Shown: piece by piece, positions 30,192 through 40,535 of the stretch
How the letters are laid out: every line of letters begins with the position of its first letter
Numbering within the stretch: position 1 is the first letter of the stretch
Assembly: GCA_963837955.1 (NCBI GenBank)
Contig: CAWIPH010000002.1
Span: forward strand, 1,600,001-1,664,000
Length of the DNA stretch: 64,000 nt
Direction of reading: 5' to 3'
Source: an uncultured Verrucomicrobiae bacterium
GTDB lineage: Bacteria > Verrucomicrobiota > Verrucomicrobiia > Chthoniobacterales > JAFAMB01
Translations under genes and position numbers: made by a program
The notes under the pieces: model-generated
What the model was told of the DNA's origin: nothing
What the model saw: only the letters and a program-made list of their open reading frames with translations
Database searches by the model: none

Positions 30192-30498
30192 GAAGTCTAA
30201 TAGCAAGATGATCGCGAACCCAAGAAGCCTCTATTTTATGCAGTCATTTCCATTGTTCATCGTGGAGTCGCGGACGGCGAAGAGAAGACTCCTTAAAACG
30301 TTCGAATTGCCAGATGATTGCGGATCTCGACTGGAACGCAACGGCGTAGTTCAGGGTTGCGAAGAGCGACCTATCTCGCTGCCTAGACGGCTGCGGTGCT
30401 CTCAGATTCGAACTAGCGTTACCAGAATGGCTAACATGGCAAAGTCCGTTTGGAGGCGGACGTTCAGGCTCCGTCCATTAAGTTAGCGGCTGCAATTA

Positions 30499-31461
30499 TC
30501 ACTCCATAACGCGAATGGGCTGTCCATCTAACCATGCAAGTATGTTTTCCACGGTGTCACCGTAAAAGGTTTCGTAGATGCCTTTGGTCACATAACCTAT
30601 GTGCGGCGTCGTGATCGCGTTATCGATTGACCTGAAAGGATGGTCGAGCGGCAGCGGTTCAATGTTATACACGTCCACAGCGGCGCCTGCGATCATACGG
30701 TTCTTTAATGCGGTAACCAGCGCGCCTTCGGTGATCAACGGTGCCCGGGACGTGTTGATCAGGTAGGAGGTCGGTTTCATCAGCTCGAGCTCGGCTGCAC
30801 CAATGATACCAATCGTTCTTTGGCTCAGAACAAGATGAATCGTCACAATATCTGCCTCTCGGAACAACGCTTCCTTGGCAACTAGGCGGGCACCATGTTC
30901 TTCGGCCTTTTCGCGTGTCAGATTCTGGCTCCATGCAATCACGCTCATCCCGAACGCATGAGCGACTTTCGCGACCCCCGAACCGATATTGCCGAGCCCG
31001 ACGAGCCCGAGCGTCTTGCCGTGCAGACCATCGCCTACCGACAATTGCCAGCCGCCGCTTCGCACGGAAGCGTGTTCAGCGGGAAGATTGCGCACGAGAG
31101 CGTGGATCAGTGCCCAAGTCAGTTCCACCGTGGCGGTCGAGGAGTACCCGGTGCCGCATACTGTGATGCCGTGGTCTTTCGCCGCGGCAACATCGATCGA
31201 TGCGTTCCTCGACGCGTTGGAAGCGATCAGTTTGAGATTCGGGAGTTGTTCGATGATTGAGCGTGGTAATGGTGTGCGTTCCCGCATGACGCTGACCACC
31301 TCGAAGGGTTTCAGGCGCTCGACGAGCGCGGCAGGATCAGAAACATGATCGTTGAACACGGTAATTTGCGACCTGCCCTGGAGGCGGGACCAATCGGCAA
31401 GCTTCAACGCCACGTTTTGGTAATCGTCCAGAATCGCGATGTTGACGGTTTTCGTTTTCAT
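30499..31461 (-). CDS. D-isomer-specific 2-hydroxyacid dehydrogenase
   Basis: GLVGLGNIG, INTSRA, TPHIGY. Confidence 0.95.
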   Translation of the reverse strand: MKTKTVNIAILDDYQNVALKLADWSRLQGRSQITVFNDHVSDPAALVERLKPFEVVSVMRERTPLPRSIIEQLPNLKLIASNASRNASIDVAAAKDHGITVCGTGYSSTATVELTWALIHALVRNLPAEHASVRSGGWQLSVGDGLHGKTLGLVGLGNIGSGVAKVAHAFGMSVIAWSQNLTREKAEEHGARLVAKEALFREADIVTIHLVLSQRTIGIIGAAELELMKPTSYLINTSRAPLITEGALVTALKNRMIAGAAVDVYNIEPLPLDHPFRSIDNAITTPHIGYVTKGIYETFYGDTVENILAWLDGQPIRVME

Positions 31462-32046
31462 AATTTTTTCTCAACGAGGAGTCAGTTACGGCTGGTCAGT
31501 TGAACGCCTTTGGTTTGCTTGAGCAGGAAGACCATAACCGCGCTAATTAGTAGGACTCTGTTTGGGAATATAATCTAGAGTCGAGTAATCTCCGCAACCA
31601 TCCTTAATCTGTAACCACACTCCCGCTGGGATGGTCGCGCAGGAGGCAACCTGCTCAGGCGACACTGCCTGACGTTCGCGAAGGAAGCAATGACGCTGGA
31701 GAGTCCGTCATCTTCTCCTCAAGAAAATCGGGCCGGAGAGCGCTTCGAAGACTCGTCATATTTCTCACGTTTTGGGCGACGAAAGGTCGAGACAAGCCCG
31801 GTGGAGTTTAGAAACCGGATTCGCGAAAAGTACCAGAAGTTCATGCGATAGTCCCAGGTTTGGTATTTGGCTCCTTACTTCGATTGAGGAACCTTATCGC
31901 CCAGACAGGGAGGGCGGCAGCACGAGCTAGTTGACGCTGCCGCGTATTGTTCCTGAGCCGGAGGATCAGGCTACTAAATCCAGTCACGGATGGCCACCAA
32001 CGGCTTTATGAAAAAAAGGACAACAAACGAAAAGTGGGGAAGAGAG

Positions 32047-33105
32047 ATGTCCATGACGAACATCGTTTTGATTGCAGGTGTCCACGGGGTGAGCGGCCGC
32101 GCCGCCGCCGAGCATTGGAACTCTTTCCCCGGCACGCGGGTCTACGGATTGTCGCGGCGCTCCGCGCCTTTGCCGGCGGGCGTGGAAGTCGTCAACGCGG
32201 ACCTGCTTGACCGGGACGATCTGCAAGGGAAGCTCGAAAACATCAGCGGGATCACCCATATCGTGTTCGGCGCTTATATCGAAAAGCCGACTGCGGCCGA
32301 AAGAAGTGAGGCCAACGTGGCCATCCTGAAGAACCTGCTCGACGTTGTTGAAAAGACTTCTCCCTCCCTGCAACACGTCACATTCTACCAGGGCGGAAAG
32401 GCCTATGGCGCTGACCTGGGCCCCTTTAAGACGCCCGCCCGCGAAGACGACCCACGTCTCATGCCGCCGAACTTCTACTATGACCAAGAGGACTTTCTCC
32501 GTGAGCGCCAGCAGGGAAAGGTGTGGCATTGGACCGCGCTGCGCCCGGAAGCGACAACCGGCTTTGGCCTCGGCAACCCGATGAATCTCGGAATGTCGAT
32601 TGCCGTCTACGCCGCCATCTCAAAGGAACTCGGCCTCCCACTGAGGTTTCCGGGCACCGAGAAGACCTATGGGATTTTATATCAAATCACGTCGGCAGAA
32701 ATTCTCGCGAAGGCGACCACGTGGGCCGGCCAATCCGAGTCGGCCAGGAACGAGATTTTCAACATCACTAACGGCGACTATTTCCGTTGGAAATACCTTT
32801 GGCCGCGCATCGCCGCGATGTTCGATATGCCGGCGGCCGATCCCGTCCCGACGCCTCTTTCCGTTTATATGGCCGACAAGAAGCCCGTGTGGGAGGCTAT
32901 TGTCCGCAAGCATGGGTTGCAGCCTCTACCCTACGAACAAGTTTCGTCGTGGCCCTTCGCTGACGCCATTCTCCGTCTCATGGAATATGACAACATCACC
33001 AGCACGATCAAGGCTCGGCGGGCCGGATTTCATGACTGCATCGATACCGAGGAAATGTTTTTGGAGTTTTTCGACGATCTTCGCCGGATGCAGGTGATCC
33101 CGTGA
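32047..33105 (+). CDS. SDR of the PRISE (progesterone 5-beta-reductase/iridoid synthase-like) family
   Basis: AGVHGVSG, YGLSRR, QGGKAYG, PPNFYYDQED, NITNGD. Confidence 0.88.
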   Translation: MSMTNIVLIAGVHGVSGRAAAEHWNSFPGTRVYGLSRRSAPLPAGVEVVNADLLDRDDLQGKLENISGITHIVFGAYIEKPTAAERSEANVAILKNLLDVVEKTSPSLQHVTFYQGGKAYGADLGPFKTPAREDDPRLMPPNFYYDQEDFLRERQQGKVWHWTALRPEATTGFGLGNPMNLGMSIAVYAAISKELGLPLRFPGTEKTYGILYQITSAEILAKATTWAGQSESARNEIFNITNGDYFRWKYLWPRIAAMFDMPAADPVPTPLSVYMADKKPVWEAIVRKHGLQPLPYEQVSSWPFADAILRLMEYDNITSTIKARRAGFHDCIDTEEMFLEFFDDLRRMQVIP

Positions 33106-33145
33106 AGAAATAATTTTGCTGTTATTAGCAAAAAACCCGCCCATC

Positions 33146-33211
33146 ATGAACAAAACCGTACTCGTTACGGGTTCTAGTCAAGGCATCGGATTTGCTATCG
33201 CCGAATCCTAT
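33146..33211 (+). pseudogene. N-terminal stub of an SDR
   Basis: MNKTVLVTGSSQGIGFAIAESY Rossmann start, in frame with but unrelated to the downstream esterase. Confidence 0.65.
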
Positions 33212-33271
33212 CAAATCTTACCAAAGTTACTATCTATGAAACACGGAAGTGCGGAGAGTTTCGGTAAAACA

Positions 33272-34444
33272 ATGGCTTCTCCATTCTCTGGAGCCCTGAA
33301 CCATTCGGAAGATTCCAATTTAGCCGATCGATTGAATCGAGTGATCCGTCGAGCCTTGTCCGAAAATCGTATTGTGGGAACAGCTATTCTCGTCGCTCGG
33401 AACGGAAACGTCGTTTTTACTCGAGCAGCCGGTTTCGCTGACCGGGAGAGGGAACAGGCGGTGCACCAAGACACAATCTTTCGGCTTGCTTCCATGACCA
33501 AGCCGATCGTTTCCGCCGCGACCCTGGCATTGGTTGAGCGGGGCACAATGCGTCTGGATGATCCGGTCACGCGATGGCTTCCTGATTTTCGGCCCGCGTT
33601 GGCCGACGGCAACCGGCCGACAATCACGGTGCGTCACTTACTCACTCATACCGCTGGGCTCACCTATGGATTCAAGGAGCCGGCGGATAGCCCCTATCAT
33701 CGCGCGCATGTGTCGGACGGATTAGAACAACCTGGGCTTTCGATCGATGAAAATCTGCGGCGATTGGCCTCTGTGTCCCTCCTCTATCCTCCAGGAACCA
33801 TTTGGAATTACTCACTTGCGATCGATGTCCTCGGCGAAGCGGTTGCGCGCGCTGGCAACGCGTCGCTGCCGACGGTGATCGAGCAGTTAGTCACTGGTCC
33901 ATTAGGAATGAAGGACACCGCATTCTCGGTTTCTGATGCCACGCGACTCGCCACCCCCTATGCTGACGCCGATCCGCAACCAGTGCGAATGAATGATCCG
34001 CATGTGGTGCATCGCGAGGATGAGGTGATCACCTTCTCACCCTCGCGTGCGTTTGATCCGGATTCGTATCCATCCGGTGGTGCGGGAATGCTCGGAACGG
34101 CCCAGGATTATCTGATTTTCTTGGAGGCGTTACGCACGCGGAATAATTCAATCCTCAAGCCGGAAAGCGTCGAACTGATGACAAAAAACGCCATTCCTAA
34201 CATACCTACGGACTCGTTGGACCCCGGTTGGACTTTTGGCTTTGGCTTTGGCGTTCTGGAAGATCCGATCCCAACCGGCTCACCAATGAATCCCGGCGCC
34301 TTTCGTTGGGGCGGCGTCTACGGAAATGACTTTTGGGTTGACCCAATGGCGGGCATTTCGGTTGTCGCTCTGACCAACACGGCAGTAGAGGGGAATACCG
34401 GTGATTTTCCCGATTCCATTGCGCGCGCAGTATACGGCCGATGA
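33272..34444 (+). CDS. Serine hydrolase, beta-lactamase-fold (family VIII esterase)
   Basis: ASMTK (SxxK), LLTHTAG, WNYS, WGG. Confidence 0.92.
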   Translation: MASPFSGALNHSEDSNLADRLNRVIRRALSENRIVGTAILVARNGNVVFTRAAGFADREREQAVHQDTIFRLASMTKPIVSAATLALVERGTMRLDDPVTRWLPDFRPALADGNRPTITVRHLLTHTAGLTYGFKEPADSPYHRAHVSDGLEQPGLSIDENLRRLASVSLLYPPGTIWNYSLAIDVLGEAVARAGNASLPTVIEQLVTGPLGMKDTAFSVSDATRLATPYADADPQPVRMNDPHVVHREDEVITFSPSRAFDPDSYPSGGAGMLGTAQDYLIFLEALRTRNNSILKPESVELMTKNAIPNIPTDSLDPGWTFGFGFGVLEDPIPTGSPMNPGAFRWGGVYGNDFWVDPMAGISVVALTNTAVEGNTGDFPDSIARAVYGR

Positions 34445-34703
34445 TCGGAAGCAGAGACAGATTCTCGGACTTGTTTCTAACGGATCTTCGAGGTTGCGGC
34501 GATTCGGGCCCCGTGTGAACTTCCCCGGTTCATCTGCGGCAAGCGCGATCGGCAGCGCCTCCCCAGCTTGCGCCGATGATAATATCAATCATAATTGAAC
34601 TCTGCGGGATTGGTCACGCAGCCGTTTGTCGTTCGCGAAAGCGCGTGGCAATCAGCTAAAGTCCGAGCGTTGGCCATTCTATCGCCTCCCGGGAGGATCT
34701 GCG

Positions 34704-36848
34704 ATGGATAAAATTCAGCGGGCTTGGGAAAGGTTCATAACGAACGGCACCGGATCGAATGCTGTACGGGGAGTCGTCGCCGCTTCGTGGGAACGTTCTC
34801 AAGCGTACCATATACCTATCGAACGGGACGGGGCGCCACTGGCGCCCGAGGAGGAAGCGGCTCGGCTTCGTTCTGAGCATTCAGCATTAATTACGGCAGC
34901 TCGACCGCCCCTGGAGCAGGCGCGATTCCTCCTCGCCGAAGCGAATTCTATCGTTATCCTCACCGATCCATCTGGAGTCATTATCGAGACTGCGGGGGAT
35001 CCACGAACTACAGATGTCGGCCGCACCATACACCTCGAGCAGGGTGGACACTGGGCCGAGGCAGACATCGGGACCAACGCGATCGGAACCGCCATCGCAG
35101 CATTGCAACCGACCCAGATCCATGGTGTCGAGCATTTCTGCAGCGAAGTCCAGCGATGGACGTGTGCAGCCACTCCGATCTGGCACCCCATTTACGGCGA
35201 GTTCCTTGGGGTTCTCGATATCTCCGGTTCAGCCAAAACCTTTAACCCGCAGAGCCTGGCATTTGCGGTCGCAGTCGGACGGCAGATAGAGGGGATGCTC
35301 GCTCAGCCGATCAAGGAGGACCATGAACGGTTGCTGCGTTATTTCGTTACCAAACGTTCAGATTGGCTGACGGAAGATATCGTGGCGATCGACCGCCATG
35401 GAATGATTGTGTATGCCACCAGCGCTGGGCAGCAAGTTGTAGAAAGACGGAATCGGGGCTTGATCCGTGACGGGCACATTTCTGGCCTTAATAAGGTCCC
35501 CTTTGCGGCTTGGCCTGCTCGGTTGAGCCAGCTGGTACCGAACGCCAGTACCGAGCTAGTCTTCGACCATGGCCACGAAACTGGAGCGATCCTGGTCTTG
35601 CACAGACTCAGACACAAATCTGTTCCGACGATCACGCCGGAGGAAATGCAAGCGGCACTTGCCCGCGAGCGAGAGATGTTCATGCAGCAGCGCACGATCG
35701 AGCTGGCGAGGGCGAACGAAGCACTGCGTGGATGCCTGGATGCTCTTGCCGCAGTGCCAAACCTGGATGAGTTCCTCGGGCAAGTGATGGCCGCCATCAC
35801 GCGGGAGCTTGGCGGAACGTCGTCCATTTTGCGATTGCGGAACTTTGAAAAGAACTGTTTGGCTGTGGATCTTGTTTTTCAAGACGGTCGCGTGATGACT
35901 CCAGCAGAGGCGAAATATCCGGAATGGTTCCAGTGTAATCCGCTTGATGAGCGACAGATTAAGCTGCTGAAACAACAAACCGTTGTGGAGCACCTTCTCG
36001 ACGATATTGCATCGATTCCTGCTGCCCGTCGGTCCTATCTGCTTGGGCTCGGCGTAAAGACAGTGCTAACCATTCCTTTAAACTTAGGTACGGAGTTGAT
36101 CGGCAGCCTGGCTTTTCGGTTCACTGAGAACCGGGAATTTCGTCCAGAGGAGATCGAAATAGCTCGGGCGCTGGAAAGCCAGGCGGCCCTGGCAATTCAG
36201 GTCACGCGATTGGCGAAGGCCGCCAGGCAATCAGCAGTCCTAGAGGAGAGAGATCGGCTGGCTGGTGAGATTCACGACGGATTGGCGCAAAGTTTTACCG
36301 CGATCTGCATGCAACTGGGAGTTGCCAAGGAAGAATTAGCTTCAAAAGAAGGCGATCCTCTCCGCCGCATTCAGCGGGCCGTTGATATGGCCAAATTTGG
36401 CTTGGCCGAAGCACGCCGTTGCGCCCACAATTTGCGCTTAAGCAACGAATCAGGATTGGCGGTGGCGCTGAAACGTTTGGTCGAGCGCTCGACTGTGGCT
36501 GGGCGATTGCGTTGCACCTTCCGGTCCGAGAACATACCTGAAAAGAGCTTGCCGCCCAGTGTGCAACAACATGAGCTCCTACGCATCGCCCAGGAGGCGG
36601 TTCACAATGCTGTGCGCCACGCCAATCCAACCTCGATTGACGTGAGCCTTAAATGGGATGCACCAAACCTCGTTCTTCAAGTAAGAGACGATGGTTCCGG
36701 GATTTCTAAAGTTTCCCAAGTCAAGAGTGAAGGCTTCGGACTGAGTAATATGCGGGCTAGGGCCTCCCAAATTGGCGCAAAACTAGAGATTCAGACCTCC
36801 GCCGATCACGGCACAACTGTTATCGTGAACGTGCCGATCTCATCATGA
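34704..36848 (+). CDS. GAF-GAF sensor histidine kinase (HisKA_3)
   Basis: AcoR-type GAF (SWERS, GTNAIGTA, WTCAA), coiled coil, second GAF, ERDRLAGEIHD, QEAVHNAVRHA, DDGSG, GFGL; RBS ggagg. Confidence 0.9.
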   Translation: MDKIQRAWERFITNGTGSNAVRGVVAASWERSQAYHIPIERDGAPLAPEEEAARLRSEHSALITAARPPLEQARFLLAEANSIVILTDPSGVIIETAGDPRTTDVGRTIHLEQGGHWAEADIGTNAIGTAIAALQPTQIHGVEHFCSEVQRWTCAATPIWHPIYGEFLGVLDISGSAKTFNPQSLAFAVAVGRQIEGMLAQPIKEDHERLLRYFVTKRSDWLTEDIVAIDRHGMIVYATSAGQQVVERRNRGLIRDGHISGLNKVPFAAWPARLSQLVPNASTELVFDHGHETGAILVLHRLRHKSVPTITPEEMQAALAREREMFMQQRTIELARANEALRGCLDALAAVPNLDEFLGQVMAAITRELGGTSSILRLRNFEKNCLAVDLVFQDGRVMTPAEAKYPEWFQCNPLDERQIKLLKQQTVVEHLLDDIASIPAARRSYLLGLGVKTVLTIPLNLGTELIGSLAFRFTENREFRPEEIEIARALESQAALAIQVTRLAKAARQSAVLEERDRLAGEIHDGLAQSFTAICMQLGVAKEELASKEGDPLRRIQRAVDMAKFGLAEARRCAHNLRLSNESGLAVALKRLVERSTVAGRLRCTFRSENIPEKSLPPSVQQHELLRIAQEAVHNAVRHANPTSIDVSLKWDAPNLVLQVRDDGSGISKVSQVKSEGFGLSNMRARASQIGAKLEIQTSADHGTTVIVNVPISS

Positions 36849-37954
36849 AATCGTTGCTTTTTACTCCGTGGCAGGTGAGGGAAGTCCGCCTCCGCAATCG
36901 GATCGGGGTTTCGCCGATGTGCCAGTATTGGGCGAAAGATGGGTTCGCGTCGGACTGGCATCTGGTTCACCTGGGCTCGCGAGCCGTTGGTGGTGCCGGT
37001 CTCGTCATGACAGAAGCGGCCGCTGTCGAGGCGCGCGGACGGATTACTCCTAGTGATCTCGGGATCTGGTCCGATGAACACATTCCGATGTTGTCTCGCA
37101 TCACCGAGTTCATTCATAGCTACGGTGCGGTGGCTGGAGTGCAGCTGGCTCATGCCGGCCGGAAAGGTAGCGTGGCGCGTCCTTGGGAAGGTGGTCGTTC
37201 ACTGTCCGATGAAGAAGGCGGATGGGAAACCGTTGGACCCAGTCCGATCGCTTTCGGTGGGCCGAACAACGAACTCTGGCGGGTGCCTCACGAATTGACG
37301 GAAGAAGAGATTGAAGAGGTCCTGGCTGCTTTCGCAGCTGCAACTCGACGCGCTTTAGCTGCCGGGTTCCGGTGGGTCGAACTGCATTTCGCCCACGGTT
37401 ATCTCGGGCACAGTTTTCTTTCTCCGATTACGAACCAGCGCACCGATCGCTACGGCGGTTCATTCGAAAACCGGATTCGATTTGCGATGGAAACTGCGAA
37501 ACGCGTCAGGGCGGTCTGGCCCGCGTCGTTGCCCTTGGCTATGCGGATTTCTGCCACGGACTGGATCGACGGCGCCTGGGATATTGACCAGACCGTCGAG
37601 CTGGCGAAAAGGTTGGGCCCGTTGGGTGTGGACCTGTTTGATTGCAGTTCCGGGGGTATCGCGCCCGGAGTCCGGTACGACGCACGTACCGCCTATCAAG
37701 TCCCGTTTGCGGAGCGGGTCCTCAAAGAGGCTGGGGTGCCCACCGCGGCAGTTGGCTCGATCACCCAACCGAACGTCGCCGAGGAGATCCTGCAGAAGGG
37801 TCAGGCGACGCTGATCTTCCTGGCGCGAGCGATGTTGGACGATCCCTATTGGCCCTTGCACGGCAGCTTTCAACTGGGGAGCCGGAGCGAGATTAATTTG
37901 CCGCCACCTTACGAGTACGTCTTGCAAAACCCGATCATCGCGGCGCACAACTAA
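36845..37954 (+). CDS. Old yellow enzyme NADH:flavin oxidoreductase (YqjM/NamA-like)
   Basis: VSPMCQY, QLAHAGRK, ELHFAHGYL, YGGSFENR. Confidence 0.93.
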   Translation: MKSLLFTPWQVREVRLRNRIGVSPMCQYWAKDGFASDWHLVHLGSRAVGGAGLVMTEAAAVEARGRITPSDLGIWSDEHIPMLSRITEFIHSYGAVAGVQLAHAGRKGSVARPWEGGRSLSDEEGGWETVGPSPIAFGGPNNELWRVPHELTEEEIEEVLAAFAAATRRALAAGFRWVELHFAHGYLGHSFLSPITNQRTDRYGGSFENRIRFAMETAKRVRAVWPASLPLAMRISATDWIDGAWDIDQTVELAKRLGPLGVDLFDCSSGGIAPGVRYDARTAYQVPFAERVLKEAGVPTAAVGSITQPNVAEEILQKGQATLIFLARAMLDDPYWPLHGSFQLGSRSEINLPPPYEYVLQNPIIAAHN

Positions 37955-38209
37955 TCGAGCCCAAGGTAAGCCTAGGAATTGGGTTGAGTCTAAATGGTGC
38001 CATTCACCAATCACTTCTCACTTCTCACGATCGCAGTGCCCTGGGGTTCCTGAGCCAGGAGGATCAGGCTACGCCCACGTCTTACTCTTTGGCGGCCATC
38101 TTGGTCACTCCCAGGATTCTTCTACCAGATCGGCTGCGACAGAGAGTCCATTGGCCTCAGCGATCGCCTTCTGCAGTTTACGTGCATTGAAGAGTCGCTA
38201 GTCACTGTG

Positions 38210-38272
38210 CGGCTGCGCAGGCGACCTTTCCCTCCTATGACCGAAGCAATCCCCTTGTCGCCTACGCAGCCG
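38210..38272. terminator. Stem-loop between convergent genes
   Basis: cggctgcgcaggcgac ... gtcgcctacgcagccg (16 bp, 1 mismatch), 12 bp from the ugd stop. Confidence 0.45.
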
Positions 38273-38284
38273 AAAGCAATAGAC

Positions 38285-39706
38285 TCAGAATTTAGCGACT
38301 TCTTTGGCTGACCCTGTTGTGATGTTGTTTCCAGCCATACCTTCGACTGTCTCCAACTTCGATGCTAACGAGGTTGTTGGAAGGCCCGCTACGAGATTTG
38401 CTTTGGTCGCTGGCCGGCCAATCGGGTAATATTGGAAACCCAGATCCCTCATTATCTTCGGGTCGAACAGATTCCTTCCGTCAAATACGATCGGGGTATG
38501 CATCCGACGGTGTACCTCGGCCAAGTCAATCGTGGCAAAATCGGGCCACTCGGTTGCTAAGACCAAAGTCTCCGCATCTCGGACTGCCTCCAGGGCGGAG
38601 CCGGCGAAATGAACGCCCGGACACAAATTAAGTTCCTGTACCTTCTCGTTTCCCTTGGGATCGTACGCGGTCACATGAGCGCCTTCCCGGATGAGATCGT
38701 TGACCAGATCCACGGCGACCGAGCTGCGCACATCATCGGTATCGGGCTTGAAGGTAAGCCCCCACACAGCAATCCGCTTTTCTTTCAATACCCACAGAGT
38801 ATCGCGCAACCTTTTCACGAAGCGCTCGCGCTGATGCTGGTTGATACGCTGGACCTCTCTGAGAAGGGGGAATGGTTCGCCGATCTGTTCGCTGATTGAG
38901 ATGAAGGCAGCGATGTCTTTTGGAAAACAGGATCCACCATACCCGAGTCCGGCCTTGAGGAAACTGCGTCCGATGCGTTTGTCCGCTCCAATACCGTCGG
39001 CAACTCTTTCGACATCTGCTCCGCTAGCTTCACAAATGGCGGACAGAGCATTGATATAAGAGATCTTTAACGCGAGAAAGGAGTTGGCGGCGTGTTTAAT
39101 TAACTCGGCGCTATTGATATCGGTGACCATAATGGGAGCCATGAAAGGTTCGTAAACTCTTTTCATGATCGCTAAAGCCCGTTCGCTGTTCGAACCGATC
39201 ACAATGCGGTCGGGTTCCATCAGGTCAGCAACGGCACAGCCTTCCCGAAGAAATTCCGGATTGCTTACTACGTCGAATTCGACATCGACTTTGTTGTACC
39301 GTCGAATCGTATCGGCGACTTTTTCACCGGTTTTGACCGGAACAGTGCTTTTATCGACGATCACTCGATACTCTCTGAGCACCGAAGCGATTTCGCGAGC
39401 CACCCGCTCGATGTAAGTCAAATCCACTCTGCCATCGGCCTGAGGAGGCGTTGGTACAGCAATGAATATGACTTGAGAGTTATCGACTCCTTCTTCGATT
39501 CTGCCGGTAAAGGATAGGCGATTGGCTGAGACATTGCGCTGTACTAACTCTTCGAGGCCGGGCTCATAAATTGGAATTACACCGCTTCGAAGTGCTTTGA
39601 CTTTTCGTTCGTCATTGTCAATGCAGATGACTTCGTGCCCCACCTCGGCGAAACAGGCGCCGGTGACCAATCCAACGTAGCCGGACCCTATAATTGCGAT
39701 TCTCAT
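38285..39706 (-). CDS. ugd: UDP-glucose 6-dehydrogenase
   Basis: IIGSGYVG, KSTVP, SNPEFLREG, GYGGSCFPKD. Confidence 0.95.
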   Translation of the reverse strand: MRIAIIGSGYVGLVTGACFAEVGHEVICIDNDERKVKALRSGVIPIYEPGLEELVQRNVSANRLSFTGRIEEGVDNSQVIFIAVPTPPQADGRVDLTYIERVAREIASVLREYRVIVDKSTVPVKTGEKVADTIRRYNKVDVEFDVVSNPEFLREGCAVADLMEPDRIVIGSNSERALAIMKRVYEPFMAPIMVTDINSAELIKHAANSFLALKISYINALSAICEASGADVERVADGIGADKRIGRSFLKAGLGYGGSCFPKDIAAFISISEQIGEPFPLLREVQRINQHQRERFVKRLRDTLWVLKEKRIAVWGLTFKPDTDDVRSSVAVDLVNDLIREGAHVTAYDPKGNEKVQELNLCPGVHFAGSALEAVRDAETLVLATEWPDFATIDLAEVHRRMHTPIVFDGRNLFDPKIMRDLGFQYYPIGRPATKANLVAGLPTTSLASKLETVEGMAGNNITTGSAKEVAKF

Positions 39707-39974
39707 ACCAATCAGGAGTTGTTCCAGGGCCGATAATGCGATCCCAGGAGAAAAAGTTTCATGTTGCGTCGTCAAGCATCAAGGGGTGTTACCGTGTGCG
39801 GTTTCCCTGCTGCACATTTCTTTTACCCCCAGATTGAAGGCACGGGCCGTTTTTGTCTGGATTGCCGTAATCGTTGTTCGGGCTACTGCCAGAAGTCCGT
39901 AGAGAAACCGCGAATGGACTAATGGACGAATTGAACCAACTGAACAAAAGTAAAAACAAAATCAAGATCCGCCT

Positions 39975-40526
39975 ATGGATACATTTCTTCCCCCTATCGA
40001 AAAGCCCAACGGGCTGATGATGAAGCTGGCGTATTACTTTACCCGCCGGCAATTTGGCAAAGTGCTCACTCCGGTGAAAGTGCATAGCGCGCGGCTGCCA
40101 GCCGCATTCGGTCTATTCTACGCGAAGATCGGCAAGCTAGATAAAAAGCTGCAGCTGCCGCCGGAGACCGTCCTGCTCGTCCGCGAACAGGTGGCGCGTA
40201 TCAACGTCTGTCTTTTCTGCATGGACATCGGCCGCTCGTTCGCGATCAAAGCGACGATGAATGAAGCCAAATTCGACGCGCTGGAGCAATACAGCACGAG
40301 TCATCTTTTTACCGACGCAGAACGCGCCGCGCTGGACTATGTGACGGAGCTGACAAGGGATAAAAAGGTTAACCCGGACACTTTTGCTCGGATCTCCCGC
40401 TATTATTCCGAACGCGAGATCTGCGAGATCGTCTGGCTGGTTGCCAGCGAGCACCTTTACAACATGACCAATATCGGTCTGAACATCCATTCGGATATGC
40501 TCTGTGACATCAGCCGGAAGCGGTAA
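39975..40526 (+). CDS. Carboxymuconolactone decarboxylase/AhpD-family protein
   Basis: ARINVCLFCMDI (CxxC), FTDAERAALDY. Confidence 0.85.
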   Translation: MDTFLPPIEKPNGLMMKLAYYFTRRQFGKVLTPVKVHSARLPAAFGLFYAKIGKLDKKLQLPPETVLLVREQVARINVCLFCMDIGRSFAIKATMNEAKFDALEQYSTSHLFTDAERAALDYVTELTRDKKVNPDTFARISRYYSEREICEIVWLVASEHLYNMTNIGLNIHSDMLCDISRKR

Positions 40527-40535
40527 AAGTAGAAT

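Noticed and set aside
31565..31592. Fourth ECF promoter (GGAATAT)
   Set aside because: No GGT element at the 15-nt spacing
31630..31760. Glycine riboswitch
   Set aside because: ctcagg, gaaggaagcaa and ggagag words occur but in the wrong order, and no glycine-related gene follows
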